Below are positions 39,796 through 49,603 of a stretch of 64,000 bases of DNA, piece by piece. This DNA comes from an uncultured virus (IMG/VR IMGVR_UViG_3300021399_000104) (taxonomy: Duplodnaviria > Heunggongvirae > Uroviricota > Caudoviricetes). The position numbers and the translations under genes were made by a program. Position 1 is the first letter of the stretch; the number at the start of each line of letters is the position of its first letter. Location: IMG/VR virus record IMGVR_UViG_3300021399_000104. One strand, written 5' to 3'. The notes under the pieces are model-generated. The model was not told where the DNA came from and searched no databases. It worked only from the letters and a program-made list of their open reading frames with translations.

Positions 39796-39924
39796 TTATT
39801 TATTTTTTAACAACAGGAAGATCAATCCACCGACTGCTCCTGCTATTAATCCTATGCTCTTTATAACTCCAAAATCGACCTCACACACTTTTCGTACATG
39901 AGACCAGTTGTTATTGTCTCTCAT
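39796..39924 (-). CDS. 42 aa single-TM protein (not in the ORF track)
   Basis: MRDNNNWSHVRKVCEVDFGVIKSIGLIAGAVGGLIFLLLKNK. Confidence 0.5.
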   Translation of the reverse strand: MRDNNNWSHVRKVCEVDFGVIKSIGLIAGAVGGLIFLLLKNK

Positions 39925-40084
39925 AGTTATTATTATTGTTTTTGTATTTTACATCTAACCAGGCACCTAAGCCCAGCGCTAAACATGCTGCTACCAGGGT
40001 TATTATTCCGGCAGCTCTTGTTGTCCCTCTTGCCACGTCATATGTAGCCTCAAGGACCATTTCAGTTTTGCTTTTCATTTCCAT
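39911..40084 (-). CDS. 57 aa single-TM protein (not in the ORF track)
   Basis: MEMKSK...AAGIITLVAACLALGLGAWLDVKYK... Confidence 0.55.
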   Translation of the reverse strand: MEMKSKTEMVLEATYDVARGTTRAAGIITLVAACLALGLGAWLDVKYKNNNNNYERQ

Positions 40085-40247
40085 TTTTTTACTTCGATTT
40101 TTAATTGTTAATACTTAATTTAAGTTAATTGAAACGAATAAAGTATAAAATAAAGGTGGAGATACATTGCAAGTTTTTCCTTACAACATACCTCCTCCTC
40201 CTGGATAGTGAAGTTATATTATCTAAAAATGGAAACGAATTCTACTT

Positions 40248-40442
40248 TTAGCCAACTTCCTCGAAATCCTCTTCTTTTTCATCATTCTCTGCTGACTTTT
40301 CGAGGTTGTCTGCAGCACACCTGGTCTTCTCGGAAATATAATCCATTGAGACTTTAGCTGCGTTTTTGATTCTCTTGTGCAGAACTACGCCAAGTACTAA
40401 GCCTACGAATAAACCTGCACCAGTTCCTAATATTGTTTTCAT
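40248..40442 (-). CDS. small single-TM protein (YtxH-like topology)
   Basis: ILGTGAGLFVGLVLGVVL then a charged tail. Confidence 0.65.
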   Translation of the reverse strand: MKTILGTGAGLFVGLVLGVVLHKRIKNAAKVSMDYISEKTRCAADNLEKSAENDEKEEDFEEVG

Positions 40443-40480
40443 ACAGTTTTCCTTTTTAATAATTAATATACTTCACTTGT

Positions 40481-40789
40481 TTAGTTTTGATTCTGACGAA
40501 ATGGGCGATGACGGTTTCTCCATCTTCTGCCGTGTTTTTCATTCGTCTCTGTTTCTGCTGTTGGTTGATTCGCCGGTTTCTCCACGACGATGATATCTAC
40601 ACCAACTCTCTCTTCACGGGGCTGCTCTTCGGCTGTTTTCTTGCCAAACATTTTCTTCACGCCCTTCGTAAGATCTTCACGATACCGATAGCCAAAATAA
40701 CCACCGGCGCAAACTACTACAGCGACACTAGTCCACAGGATAATCTTCTGTGTCTTTGTCATCTTTTTCTTTTCGTTCTTCTTTTCCAT
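40481..40789 (-). CDS. single-TM protein
   Basis: IILWTSVAVVVCAGGYFGY. Confidence 0.7.
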   Translation of the reverse strand: MEKKNEKKKMTKTQKIILWTSVAVVVCAGGYFGYRYREDLTKGVKKMFGKKTAEEQPREERVGVDIIVVEKPANQPTAETETNEKHGRRWRNRHRPFRQNQN

Positions 40790-40910
40790 TTTGTTTTGTT
40801 CTTTAAAAGTTAATAAAAAATAGTTGTAAAAAAAATTTTCTTATTCTATATATTAGGATTTTAGGCCGTCTTAATTTCCTTATAAATGAAAGTTTTAAAT
40901 AAAAAAGATT

Positions 40911-41756
40911 ATGCAACAATTAGATTCGGGAATTAAGAAAAAAGTAGATTATATTAGTCTAGTTAAGTTTACAGATCAATTTAAGAAACGATTTGAAGAG
41001 TTTGAGAAATTTCTGTTGACGTTTAAAGTATTTCTAAAGTCTGTTCCGGAGTCTTGTTTAGATCAGGATTTTAAGGAGATAATGGGAGATTGTGATACTA
41101 TCTATGATAATCTTCTGCAGCTTAATAAGAGTTTGCCTTATCTCCTAATGAACGTAAGTGATCAGATATTAACAGACCAATTATCACAACCTTTAACAAT
41201 TAGGAGACCGGATGGAGTAGAACTTAAAATAAAGAGCATAAAGGACATATTCAATGAGGTAGGAATACATTATTATTTTATGGATTCGCAAGAAACTAAT
41301 TGTATTATTACCTTATTAAAAAGTTTGTTTATGTCTGCTTTAGATGATGATTCTCTTAATGAGCCACTCGTTTTTTCAAAGATAGACGAAGGGTTAGGCA
41401 TAGATAATGAAGACCTAATAGATTTAATAGATCGGACAGTTACAGCATATAATAGAGCAGAGGAAGCATTTGACGACGCGAAGGATTTTCTATTATCGAT
41501 TTCTTATGAGTGCAATATAATTAGAGATGAAAATGGTTCCCCTAAATGCTACTGTCCTGTTGAAGCCATAGAGCCTGGTATTATATTGTTGAAGAATCTG
41601 ATTAAGTATATTATCATTGTTCAATCTAATAAGGGTAATATAAAGGATGAAGAGAAATTTTCTGGTAGTATGAAATTAATAGCGCGTAGTACAGAATATT
41701 TTTCTGATGCCGTTATAAACATTATTAGTAGATATCAGGGGCTTGACAAAGAATAA
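40911..41756 (+). CDS. hypothetical protein
   Basis: 281 aa ORF after CCTTATAAATGA. Confidence 0.8.
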   Translation: MQQLDSGIKKKVDYISLVKFTDQFKKRFEEFEKFLLTFKVFLKSVPESCLDQDFKEIMGDCDTIYDNLLQLNKSLPYLLMNVSDQILTDQLSQPLTIRRPDGVELKIKSIKDIFNEVGIHYYFMDSQETNCIITLLKSLFMSALDDDSLNEPLVFSKIDEGLGIDNEDLIDLIDRTVTAYNRAEEAFDDAKDFLLSISYECNIIRDENGSPKCYCPVEAIEPGIILLKNLIKYIIIVQSNKGNIKDEEKFSGSMKLIARSTEYFSDAVINIISRYQGLDKE

Positions 41757-41775
41757 AAAAAAATAAGAGGAAGGT

Positions 41776-41979
41776 TTAAAAACTTATCCTCTTTCTTTTT
41801 CTGTGGCGTCTGCAATTATCCAATTCTTCTCTCGCCTTTTCTTTCTTATCTTCCCATATCCAATCTGTCCAACCCAATACAGGACGATAATGTTGAACTA
41901 CATAACGCCACTTATTCTTCCAAAGCCAAATTCCTTTTCTTTTTACTTTTATCATTCTAAAGTTATAATTTAGTTTCAT
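41776..41979 (-). CDS. small basic protein, tandem paralog 2
   Basis: MKLNYN.RMI.VK...WRYVVQHYRP shared with 41963-42199. Confidence 0.7.
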   Translation of the reverse strand: MKLNYNFRMIKVKRKGIWLWKNKWRYVVQHYRPVLGWTDWIWEDKKEKAREELDNCRRHRKRKRISF

Positions 41980-42199
41980 AGTATTTTCTGTGGTATTTGT
42001 GTCTGTAATAATCCAAATCTCTTTTTGTTTGTCCTTTCATTTGTGGCCATATGCAATAAACCCATCCTGATTCTGGACGATAATGTTGAACTACATAACG
42101 CCATCTTGGTTTAGGTTTACCATTTCTCTTCCCACTCTCCCTAGAAACTATATTTACTTTTACTCTTATCATTCTATAGTTATAATTCAATTTCATCAC
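41963..42199 (-). CDS. small basic protein, tandem paralog 1
   Basis: same motif; promoter motif directly upstream. Confidence 0.7.
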   Translation of the reverse strand: MMKLNYNYRMIRVKVNIVSRESGKRNGKPKPRWRYVVQHYRPESGWVYCIWPQMKGQTKRDLDYYRHKYHRKYYETKL

Positions 42200-42256
42200 A
42201 TATAAGGCTCCTTCCGCCTCTAAACCTTATAAATGATCTAAATATAAATAAATAAT

Positions 42257-43375
42257 ATGAGAGAGCACGTAATTCGATATATGCCAGAGACTAATTCAAG
42301 TTCTAGTCATTGTGTATGTATTGATATGAGAAAGAAATTACTGAAGCCCGGGGATGATGGATTTAATATTAGGATAGAGGATGGAGTTTTATACATACCG
42401 CCTTTTAGTAATCCCTGGAAGTTAACCAAAAAAGTGTCAGATAGTTTTCAGTCATCTTTTGGTCAGCAGATATGGAAATTTAACGATCCCTTGACAAAGC
42501 TTCAGTATGTGTGTGGATTATATTGTTATAACATAAATGATGCGCGAGGTCAGAAGCGTATTATAAGTTTCACTCGTCGATTAAGAAAAATTTTTGATGT
42601 TAAGAAAGTAGTATACGAGTGGGATAAGGAATATGTTAAAGAGGTTTATGACTATATGGAGGAACATGGTCTTACCTATTCTGAAGTACGAGAGGAGGAT
42701 TTTTATCGAGATGTGCCAGATGTAGATCATGAGTCCTTAGATATAGTTGAAGAAATAGGTGAATCAACAGAGACTTTACGTCATTTCATACTTTCGCCTA
42801 GTTCTTGGTTATATCTTTGTGGTTGTGAAGATCTTGAGGGAACCTACTATTATTATCCTAGTTGGTTTGAAGTAAAAGAGGATGAGTCATTATATCAGGT
42901 TTCATGTCACTTTCCAGAGCCACTTGGAAGGGTAGACTCCGCAACTCTTTATAATCAATACGGCTTTAACAACATCTTATTTCAGTTCATCTATGACAAA
43001 ATGGATAAGAAAGTTAAGGTTGATAATAATATTCTTAATAACCTAATTGACAAGTGTTATCCAGTCGAGAGAGCAGCAGAGCAGGAAGCAGATGATAGAT
43101 ATTTGATGTTTTCTACTAAGATGATAAAAATAGATGAGAAGACGGGTAAAGCATTCTGCATCTTCTATGGATCAAATGTTGATTCTTGGTTAACAATTAA
43201 ATTAGGTAAGAAGAAGAGATTTTCAGGATATTCTACTAGTTCATATCTTGATTCTAATCCGATAAAATTATATGACTCAGAATTATCGAAGAACATGGAA
43301 GAAAAATTTGAAGAGGGAAAAGATTATATTTATTTTCCTTTAACAATAACCTGTAAATACGGAAAGATTTTATGA
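42257..43375 (+). CDS. ETNSSSxH-motif protein (radical SAM-associated)
   Basis: N-terminal PETNSSSSH; coupled to the radical SAM gene. Confidence 0.7.
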   Translation: MREHVIRYMPETNSSSSHCVCIDMRKKLLKPGDDGFNIRIEDGVLYIPPFSNPWKLTKKVSDSFQSSFGQQIWKFNDPLTKLQYVCGLYCYNINDARGQKRIISFTRRLRKIFDVKKVVYEWDKEYVKEVYDYMEEHGLTYSEVREEDFYRDVPDVDHESLDIVEEIGESTETLRHFILSPSSWLYLCGCEDLEGTYYYYPSWFEVKEDESLYQVSCHFPEPLGRVDSATLYNQYGFNNILFQFIYDKMDKKVKVDNNILNNLIDKCYPVERAAEQEADDRYLMFSTKMIKIDEKTGKAFCIFYGSNVDSWLTIKLGKKKRFSGYSTSSYLDSNPIKLYDSELSKNMEEKFEEGKDYIYFPLTITCKYGKIL

Positions 43376-44430
43376 CGAGAAGGGTAAAACGCAAACTATC
43401 CCATTTTGGTTATGCATATTTAAATGGGAATTATATGGTTACAACAGGTGGATGGAACAATAACATAATAGAGAAAACAGCTCTACGTGCCAATGAACCA
43501 CTTATATCCGCCTTTCCAGATTCCATTGACTTAAAGATAACAAATAGATGTATGATGGCTTGTCCTTGGTGTCATGAGGAAAGTGTAAGTTCTGGTTCCT
43601 GGTTTGATCCTACTGAGACTTTCTATAAGATCAAGGAAGGGATATCACCAAGTGTTCAGATAGAATTAGCAATAGGTGGTGGTGATGTTTTCTCAGATCC
43701 ATCCATTCTATTAGAGTTTCTGAAGTTAATTGATAGTCAGACAGAGTGGAGACCAAGAATAACTATAAATTGGAGATCTCTATTATCTACTTATACTAAA
43801 CAACAGGAAAGTGACATTATCGAGATTTTATCTTATGTAGATGCTATTGGACTATCCATTGACTCTGAGGATATTTTGTCATATACTCAATTACACCCTT
43901 TGATTAAGTCTGAGTTTGATTGGAAAGACAGTAAATCTATTTCAGAGAACACAATACTTGGTAAACTCCTTAGGACAGATTCGGTAGTTTTCCATGTAAT
44001 AGCGGGTTTATTACAACCAGAGACATTCAAACACTTATTATCCTGCCATCATGATATATTGATTCTAGGTTATAAGAATTGGGGAAGAGGTAAAACCATC
44101 AAGCCTAAGTATATGTCTGAATATCGAGAACTGGTTAAGGAGTTATTACAGGAATCAAGTGCTAGAGGAAACTTGACAAGATCTTACTATAACAGTTTTG
44201 GTTTTGATAATCTCGCCCTGGAACAACTTGATGTAAAATCATGTATCAACCCTTATGAATGGAAGAATCTATATATGGGAAATGAAGGAACTCACTCAAT
44301 GTATATAGATGCAGTCAAGAGAGAGTTTGCAATTTCATCAACTAGTCCAGATCGTGAGAGTTGGAATGATACTAACCTATTAACATTCTTTAAAAGTCAT
44401 GATGGAAGTAATAACCAAGGAAAGATTTGA
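43372..44430 (+). CDS. radical SAM enzyme
   Basis: FPDSIDLKITNRCMMACPWCHE (CxxxCxxC), ELAIGGG, FDNLALEQL, MYIDAV. Confidence 0.85.
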   Translation: MTRRVKRKLSHFGYAYLNGNYMVTTGGWNNNIIEKTALRANEPLISAFPDSIDLKITNRCMMACPWCHEESVSSGSWFDPTETFYKIKEGISPSVQIELAIGGGDVFSDPSILLEFLKLIDSQTEWRPRITINWRSLLSTYTKQQESDIIEILSYVDAIGLSIDSEDILSYTQLHPLIKSEFDWKDSKSISENTILGKLLRTDSVVFHVIAGLLQPETFKHLLSCHHDILILGYKNWGRGKTIKPKYMSEYRELVKELLQESSARGNLTRSYYNSFGFDNLALEQLDVKSCINPYEWKNLYMGNEGTHSMYIDAVKREFAISSTSPDRESWNDTNLLTFFKSHDGSNNQGKI

Positions 44431-44986
44431 TTCTCTTCTTCAGGGTCGGGAGCTTAAGCATGTCCTGAAATTGGAGTGGGGAAGTGATAAATCTTACTAC
44501 TTACCTAAAATGTTATACCTAGAAGACCCGATAGATGGAAGCTTAGGCATATGGTTTCCTGAGTTAACGGTATATATGTTTTTAGGAAGATTGCCAGAAA
44601 AACTAGAGATGTCATTAGAGTCTTGGACATTAGATCATCTTTCCAGGAATACTAAAGACTATATTATCAATGAATATACCAGATTTGAGAATGTCAGGGC
44701 GTTATCAGTCTTAGACAAATCAATGGAAGGTCAATGGTTAGCTAAGAATAAACGAACTGGAGAGGAAATATCATTCTCTATTTATATAAAGAATCATTCA
44801 TGGAGCATTAATAATTCCTCTTATCTTTGTTATCCTTCCAAAACAACTCTTCCAGGTCATGCACTCTGGATCAAAGAATACGATAAATTTTTAACAACAC
44901 TTCTATTAGATGGCGGTTTCAAAATTGTTAAGAAAGAAAATAAAAGCGGCAATTCAAAGAGTGAACCAGACATTGATGGTCTTTGA
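44399..44986 (+). CDS. hypothetical protein
   Basis: 195 aa ORF. Confidence 0.7.
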   Translation: MMEVITKERFDSLLQGRELKHVLKLEWGSDKSYYLPKMLYLEDPIDGSLGIWFPELTVYMFLGRLPEKLEMSLESWTLDHLSRNTKDYIINEYTRFENVRALSVLDKSMEGQWLAKNKRTGEEISFSIYIKNHSWSINNSSYLCYPSKTTLPGHALWIKEYDKFLTTLLLDGGFKIVKKENKSGNSKSEPDIDGL

Positions 44987-45338
44987 AGCTAATTATGTAA
45001 GCGCTTTAAGAACGAGCGAATCAGAAAAGGAAGTTTGTTTATCACTTGAGCAGTTTATTGAGGTTAGATTTAATAAGGAGCTTGAGATGATAGATGAATT
45101 CAAGCCAGCCATTCAAAAAACAGAAGGACATTTATTCTTTTGCCAGGAACTAGAGGATAAGAATTTGGCTAGAAGAAGATTTAAGAAAGCTATAATGAAT
45201 CTACTAGACTTTGATGATGTTGAATCTGATATACCTGGCCTAAAAGAAGATCTGGAAAAAGTTAAGAAGTGTTTAGGTGGTGCAACTATTATAGAATTCA
45301 ATAGTGTCAAACAAAAAATAAGATTAAAAATAAGATAA
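44910..45338 (+). CDS. hypothetical protein
   Basis: 142 aa ORF. Confidence 0.7.
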   Translation: MAVSKLLRKKIKAAIQRVNQTLMVFEANYVSALRTSESEKEVCLSLEQFIEVRFNKELEMIDEFKPAIQKTEGHLFFCQELEDKNLARRRFKKAIMNLLDFDDVESDIPGLKEDLEKVKKCLGGATIIEFNSVKQKIRLKIR

Positions 45339-45341
45339 ATT

Positions 45342-46916
45342 ATGGAAAAGAAATGGAGATGTTCTATGGGTATGATAGCGTTTATACCAATTACAAGTCC
45401 TGATGATTTGTATCTAAGCGCTACCGATACTAAAGCTGAAAAAAGCACAGTTATTAGAGAAATTTCAACTAGCTCTTACTTCGAGGTGACGCTAGAAGAA
45501 CCAGTATTTAACCTTAGACTAGTCAATCGTAAGGGGACTTTAGATGTAGATGTTAAATCAGATTCTTTACCAGACCCAAATAAGTGGTATACGGTTAAAA
45601 ACATCTACGAACCAACTTTAGCACTCCTTATCGAAAACTTAGAACCAAAGAAGGGCTATTTTGATGACGAATTTAACGGTATCTTTAGCTCTGATCATGT
45701 CGGTAAGGTTTCGTTTATAACTCCCGCAATGGATGGTTATATAGATTGTCTTAGGGAAATGGAAAGGAGACTTAATTGTGAGCTGAAGTCTAAGACAAAG
45801 AAGATCATCCCAGGCCACAGATACGATGCGATGGATGAAACTTATTATATTGTGGCTAAGGTGAATTCAAGAAGAGCATTGCCAGATGAGAGTGAGTTTA
45901 ATAATACATGTCCTGAGGTATTTATCTATGTTAATTACCTTAAAGACTCTGATAAAAATTGTAGTGATGTTTTATCGGGGAGAGTCTTTGGAAATGGTGT
46001 TGACGACCTTAGAGTAATGTATAAAGCTAAATCATTGGTAGATTGTGGGGAAGCGCTGAAGGATGATATCGAAGATTATAACATTTATATACCAAAGATG
46101 ATCGAAGTTGCAATAGATCAAACAAAAACAACAAATACTTTCGGTTATGTGAAGTATTCGAACCTGTTGACTGTCTTCGAACCATTCTCCTATTTCAACG
46201 GTGATAAAGATACAGTACCAGATTATTCAAGTGTTGCCGATAAATTAAAGATGGTAACTGAATATTCGATGTATGACTGTCTCTTGGTTTCGTGGGATAC
46301 TAAGCGATTTATCATCTCCCAATCTATTCTGGCAACTAATACACTTGAAGCAAATATCCAGGCCTTAATTAAAAACTTCTTAGGTACTGGATTTGATGAA
46401 GACATTAATATATGGAAGATTAGATATTTCGAGGAGCTATTCAGATTCATAGGTATTAGTCTGATAGAAATAGCAAAAAATCTTCTGTATAGTTGGAATG
46501 TCAAGGACTTATATGTAGATTTTGATCATTACCTTAAAGGATTCCGCTACTTGACTAGTCATTATCCAGACGAGGTATTGAATCTACGAAACAGGTCTTT
46601 AGGTTCTGATGCTCCTAAATCAAAAGAAACCCTTGAAGAACACTATAAAAGTTCCCCAGAGTTAGTCAAAGTAATTAGACAGCTATACAATAAGGCTAGG
46701 TATGGATATGGAATGGGTGTCTCCTCTTTCAAAATCTTAAATGTAGGTTCAAAGAGGTCACCAATTGAGTATGTTAGGTGTACAATTACTCTAGAAGATA
46801 TCTTAAAAGCGATAAATGGGGAATCAAAAGCCGCCGAAACCCTTAAATATGAACTAATAAATAACAAGTTCACTCAGCTTACCTTACTTGTTGATAAAGG
46901 TGCTGATTTAAAATAA
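45342..46916 (+). CDS. hypothetical protein
   Basis: 524 aa ORF. Confidence 0.8.
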   Translation: MEKKWRCSMGMIAFIPITSPDDLYLSATDTKAEKSTVIREISTSSYFEVTLEEPVFNLRLVNRKGTLDVDVKSDSLPDPNKWYTVKNIYEPTLALLIENLEPKKGYFDDEFNGIFSSDHVGKVSFITPAMDGYIDCLREMERRLNCELKSKTKKIIPGHRYDAMDETYYIVAKVNSRRALPDESEFNNTCPEVFIYVNYLKDSDKNCSDVLSGRVFGNGVDDLRVMYKAKSLVDCGEALKDDIEDYNIYIPKMIEVAIDQTKTTNTFGYVKYSNLLTVFEPFSYFNGDKDTVPDYSSVADKLKMVTEYSMYDCLLVSWDTKRFIISQSILATNTLEANIQALIKNFLGTGFDEDINIWKIRYFEELFRFIGISLIEIAKNLLYSWNVKDLYVDFDHYLKGFRYLTSHYPDEVLNLRNRSLGSDAPKSKETLEEHYKSSPELVKVIRQLYNKARYGYGMGVSSFKILNVGSKRSPIEYVRCTITLEDILKAINGESKAAETLKYELINNKFTQLTLLVDKGADLK

Positions 46917-46938
46917 ACCTTTAAAACCTAAAAAACAA

Positions 46939-47220
46939 ATGGCGAAGGTTCAAAATTTAGAATTGACCGGAGAAGTTACACAAGAACTTGGGAATGGGAT
47001 GTTTAGAGTTTTACTAGACACTTCAGGAACAGAAATCTTGTGTACTATATCCGGCAAAATTCGAAAAAACTTTATTAGAATCTTAGTTGGCGACAAAGTA
47101 AAAGTTGAAGTCAGCCCCTACGATCTCACTAAGGGAAGAATAGAGCTGAGATTATTGGGAGACTCTAATAAAAATCAAGAGAGCGTTAAAAGAAGTATTA
47201 ACAAAAAACAAAAACTTTAA
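46939..47220 (+). CDS. infA: translation initiation factor IF-1
   Basis: MAK...[19 protein letters not shown]....[36 protein letters not shown]. Confidence 0.93.
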   Translation: MAKVQNLELTGEVTQELGNGMFRVLLDTSGTEILCTISGKIRKNFIRILVGDKVKVEVSPYDLTKGRIELRLLGDSNKNQESVKRSINKKQKL

Positions 47221-47226
47221 AAAAAA

Positions 47227-47904
47227 ATGATTAAGTACAGTAGCTTATACACTATGATTGGTCGTTATTACCCCTTCTTCCTTAATAATGGTAATCTCGA
47301 AAATCATTATCTTTATGTCTTCGATAGTCCAGGCATTAACGAAGAAACAGGTAACCCAACATTTACTATGAGGAAAGTTTCAGATAGATCCTCAAGAAAA
47401 GATGGTAAGTTGGGTAATGGGTTGGATATTCTCAACTATGTATTTGGTTCCCCTAAATATCCAGTAGTTGGAAGAGTGGAACAAATTACTAAAGACTTGA
47501 TGAGAAAGAAAACCCCAATCGTTACACAGAAAGGGATGGAATTTCCTAGAGTAGATGTTCAAAATCTTAGCCTTCAGAAAACTCTATTGATCAATCTTAG
47601 AGGAAGCTTGAGAAATAGACACTACCGTTATAACCCTGGCCGATTCATTGACGTTTTGTGGACTCCGACAGAATTTGTAGTCTTTAAAATTGTCGGTGAT
47701 AAGGATGGCGTTAGTCTTAGCCCTATCGCAGCATATAAAAATCTTGACGTAGGTATGATCGATCCATTGCCAGTAGATCTTGAAAAGCTGGAATATAAGA
47801 AAGATAAATTTCAGATCGATGCAAATGGTAAATCATCAAACCTTTCCATGGTAATCAAAGAAATGGAATGGCAATCGTTTGAGAGAAAGAACTTTGTGAA
47901 ATAA
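47227..47904 (+). CDS. hypothetical protein
   Basis: 225 aa ORF. Confidence 0.75.
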   Translation: MIKYSSLYTMIGRYYPFFLNNGNLENHYLYVFDSPGINEETGNPTFTMRKVSDRSSRKDGKLGNGLDILNYVFGSPKYPVVGRVEQITKDLMRKKTPIVTQKGMEFPRVDVQNLSLQKTLLINLRGSLRNRHYRYNPGRFIDVLWTPTEFVVFKIVGDKDGVSLSPIAAYKNLDVGMIDPLPVDLEKLEYKKDKFQIDANGKSSNLSMVIKEMEWQSFERKNFVK

Positions 47905-47949
47905 GCAATAAAAAAAATAATTAGAGGGATTTAAATGTCCCTCTTTTTT

Positions 47950-48234
47950 TTATTCTTCTTTCTTCTTTTTAATGATCTTCTTATATAAAAGAAATCCTAA
48001 TCCAACAACTATCGTACCAAAGCCTAAGGATATTAAGCCAGAAGTAACCATCGATAAGTTGTCTTCTTTTCTTCTCTCTGGACCAACTACAGGAACTATC
48101 TCAATTTTTCTTGGTGGAATTCCTGTCTTCTCTACCAAAACTTTCACATCACCTCGACATTCGGTTTCAGTTCCTGGTCCTCTAAAGATGAATTTTCTTT
48201 CTCGATCATTTACAATTGTTGCATATTTTCTCAT
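47950..48234 (-). CDS. C-terminally anchored membrane protein
   Basis: GLISLGFGTIVVGLGFLLY then KKIIKKKK. Confidence 0.7.
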   Translation of the reverse strand: MRKYATIVNDRERKFIFRGPGTETECRGDVKVLVEKTGIPPRKIEIVPVVGPERRKEDNLSMVTSGLISLGFGTIVVGLGFLLYKKIIKKKKEE

Positions 48235-48306
48235 ATACTATAAGTTTTAGTTCATATATAAGAAATTAAGGGGATAAACCAGAAATCTCCAGTCTATCCC
48301 ATTGAG

Positions 48307-49284
48307 TCAGAATTTCTTCATCACATGTTTATATAAATTATCAATCTTTGGTAAGTAGTTATTCATCTCCTTATCCAACTTTACAGCCTCAATCCTAAAT
48401 CCTCTAAGCTTGTAATTAGTATGGTATAAATCCTGTACATCTTTCTTTATAACATCTAACCCTTCAATCTCATTCTCTCTTATATATTGAATCAGACTCA
48501 AATATGCTTCCAATCCTAGCTTCCATAAATTCACTACTCCATATAAATCTTCCTTGGTGAAATATTCCAATACAGTAAGACCGTTGTAGTTAATTAAATC
48601 GATCAGTTTTAAGGCTTTTTTGATTTTAAAACTTAATGATTTGATATCCTTCTCACTTAATTTAGAGGTTTCAAGTTTATCAGCAAACCCTTGAATCTCT
48701 TGGACTAATTTTATCTTATTCATTATGTCTAGGTTTTTAGTTGTTCTACCATTTATTAGGATTTTAGTGTCCTCCATGTACTTTAAAGAAAACCACGATA
48801 ACATAACCTCAATCCCCTCTGCGCTCATACAGGTTCCTAAGGCCATTTTAGCAAAGTAATTATGAGGGAATCTAAGAAAATCACAAATAAGACGACTAGC
48901 TATTTCTTCCTCTCTTGGTGACTTAATATGGACTAAGTAACCATCATTATACTTCTCCCAGATTTGATGCTTTTGCTGTAACCGAATAACTCCGTAACGA
49001 TGTAATTTTTCATTAGGTCTTAAGATTCGAGCCTGTTTAAAACTTATCGTCACAGCATTTTTATTAATAAGAGAGATGCGATTATAAAAACCTAGTCTTC
49101 CCTTCTTGAAATGTGGGAGAATGTAAGGTTTAACTACTTCATATGCCAGTAAAGGACTTGTCTCAAAAAGTTTTAAACAATTCCAACGATCTTCAAGTGA
49201 CATCCTTTCGTACCAAGCACTCTCTATATCTGGAATCTTATAAATCTTCTCAAATATAACAATCAGTCTATGATAAATCCACAT
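48307..49284 (-). CDS. hypothetical protein
   Basis: 325 aa; internal segment paralogous to 49263-49567. Confidence 0.7.
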   Translation of the reverse strand: MWIYHRLIVIFEKIYKIPDIESAWYERMSLEDRWNCLKLFETSPLLAYEVVKPYILPHFKKGRLGFYNRISLINKNAVTISFKQARILRPNEKLHRYGVIRLQQKHQIWEKYNDGYLVHIKSPREEEIASRLICDFLRFPHNYFAKMALGTCMSAEGIEVMLSWFSLKYMEDTKILINGRTTKNLDIMNKIKLVQEIQGFADKLETSKLSEKDIKSLSFKIKKALKLIDLINYNGLTVLEYFTKEDLYGVVNLWKLGLEAYLSLIQYIRENEIEGLDVIKKDVQDLYHTNYKLRGFRIEAVKLDKEMNNYLPKIDNLYKHVMKKF

Positions 49285-49567
49285 TCTTCATTCATATATT
49301 TTAATGAAAACCAAGATAACATAGTTTCAATATAGCCATCATAATAAGCACTAACTATATCAGGTAATTTAGTCCTTGATTGGTTATAATAATTAGGATC
49401 AGATAAGAAATTTGTGATAACTTGATTTAACAAAGTTTCCTCTCTTGGTGATTTGATATGGACTAACTCTGCACTATATTTTTCCCAGATCTGACGCTTT
49501 GGTCTAAATCTAACTTGCATCAACCGACCTTCTACATAATTTGGTGATAATATTCTAAGCTGTTTAT
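49263..49567 (-). pseudogene. 5'-truncated paralog of 48307-49284 abutting the IS607 right end
   Basis: YKQLRIL..QIWEKY..LVHIKSPREE..MLSWFSLKYM shared; similarity stops at about 49567. Confidence 0.55.
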
Positions 49568-49603
49568 AGTTACAAATTTCATAGAAACTTGCTTTCGACA
49601 ATT

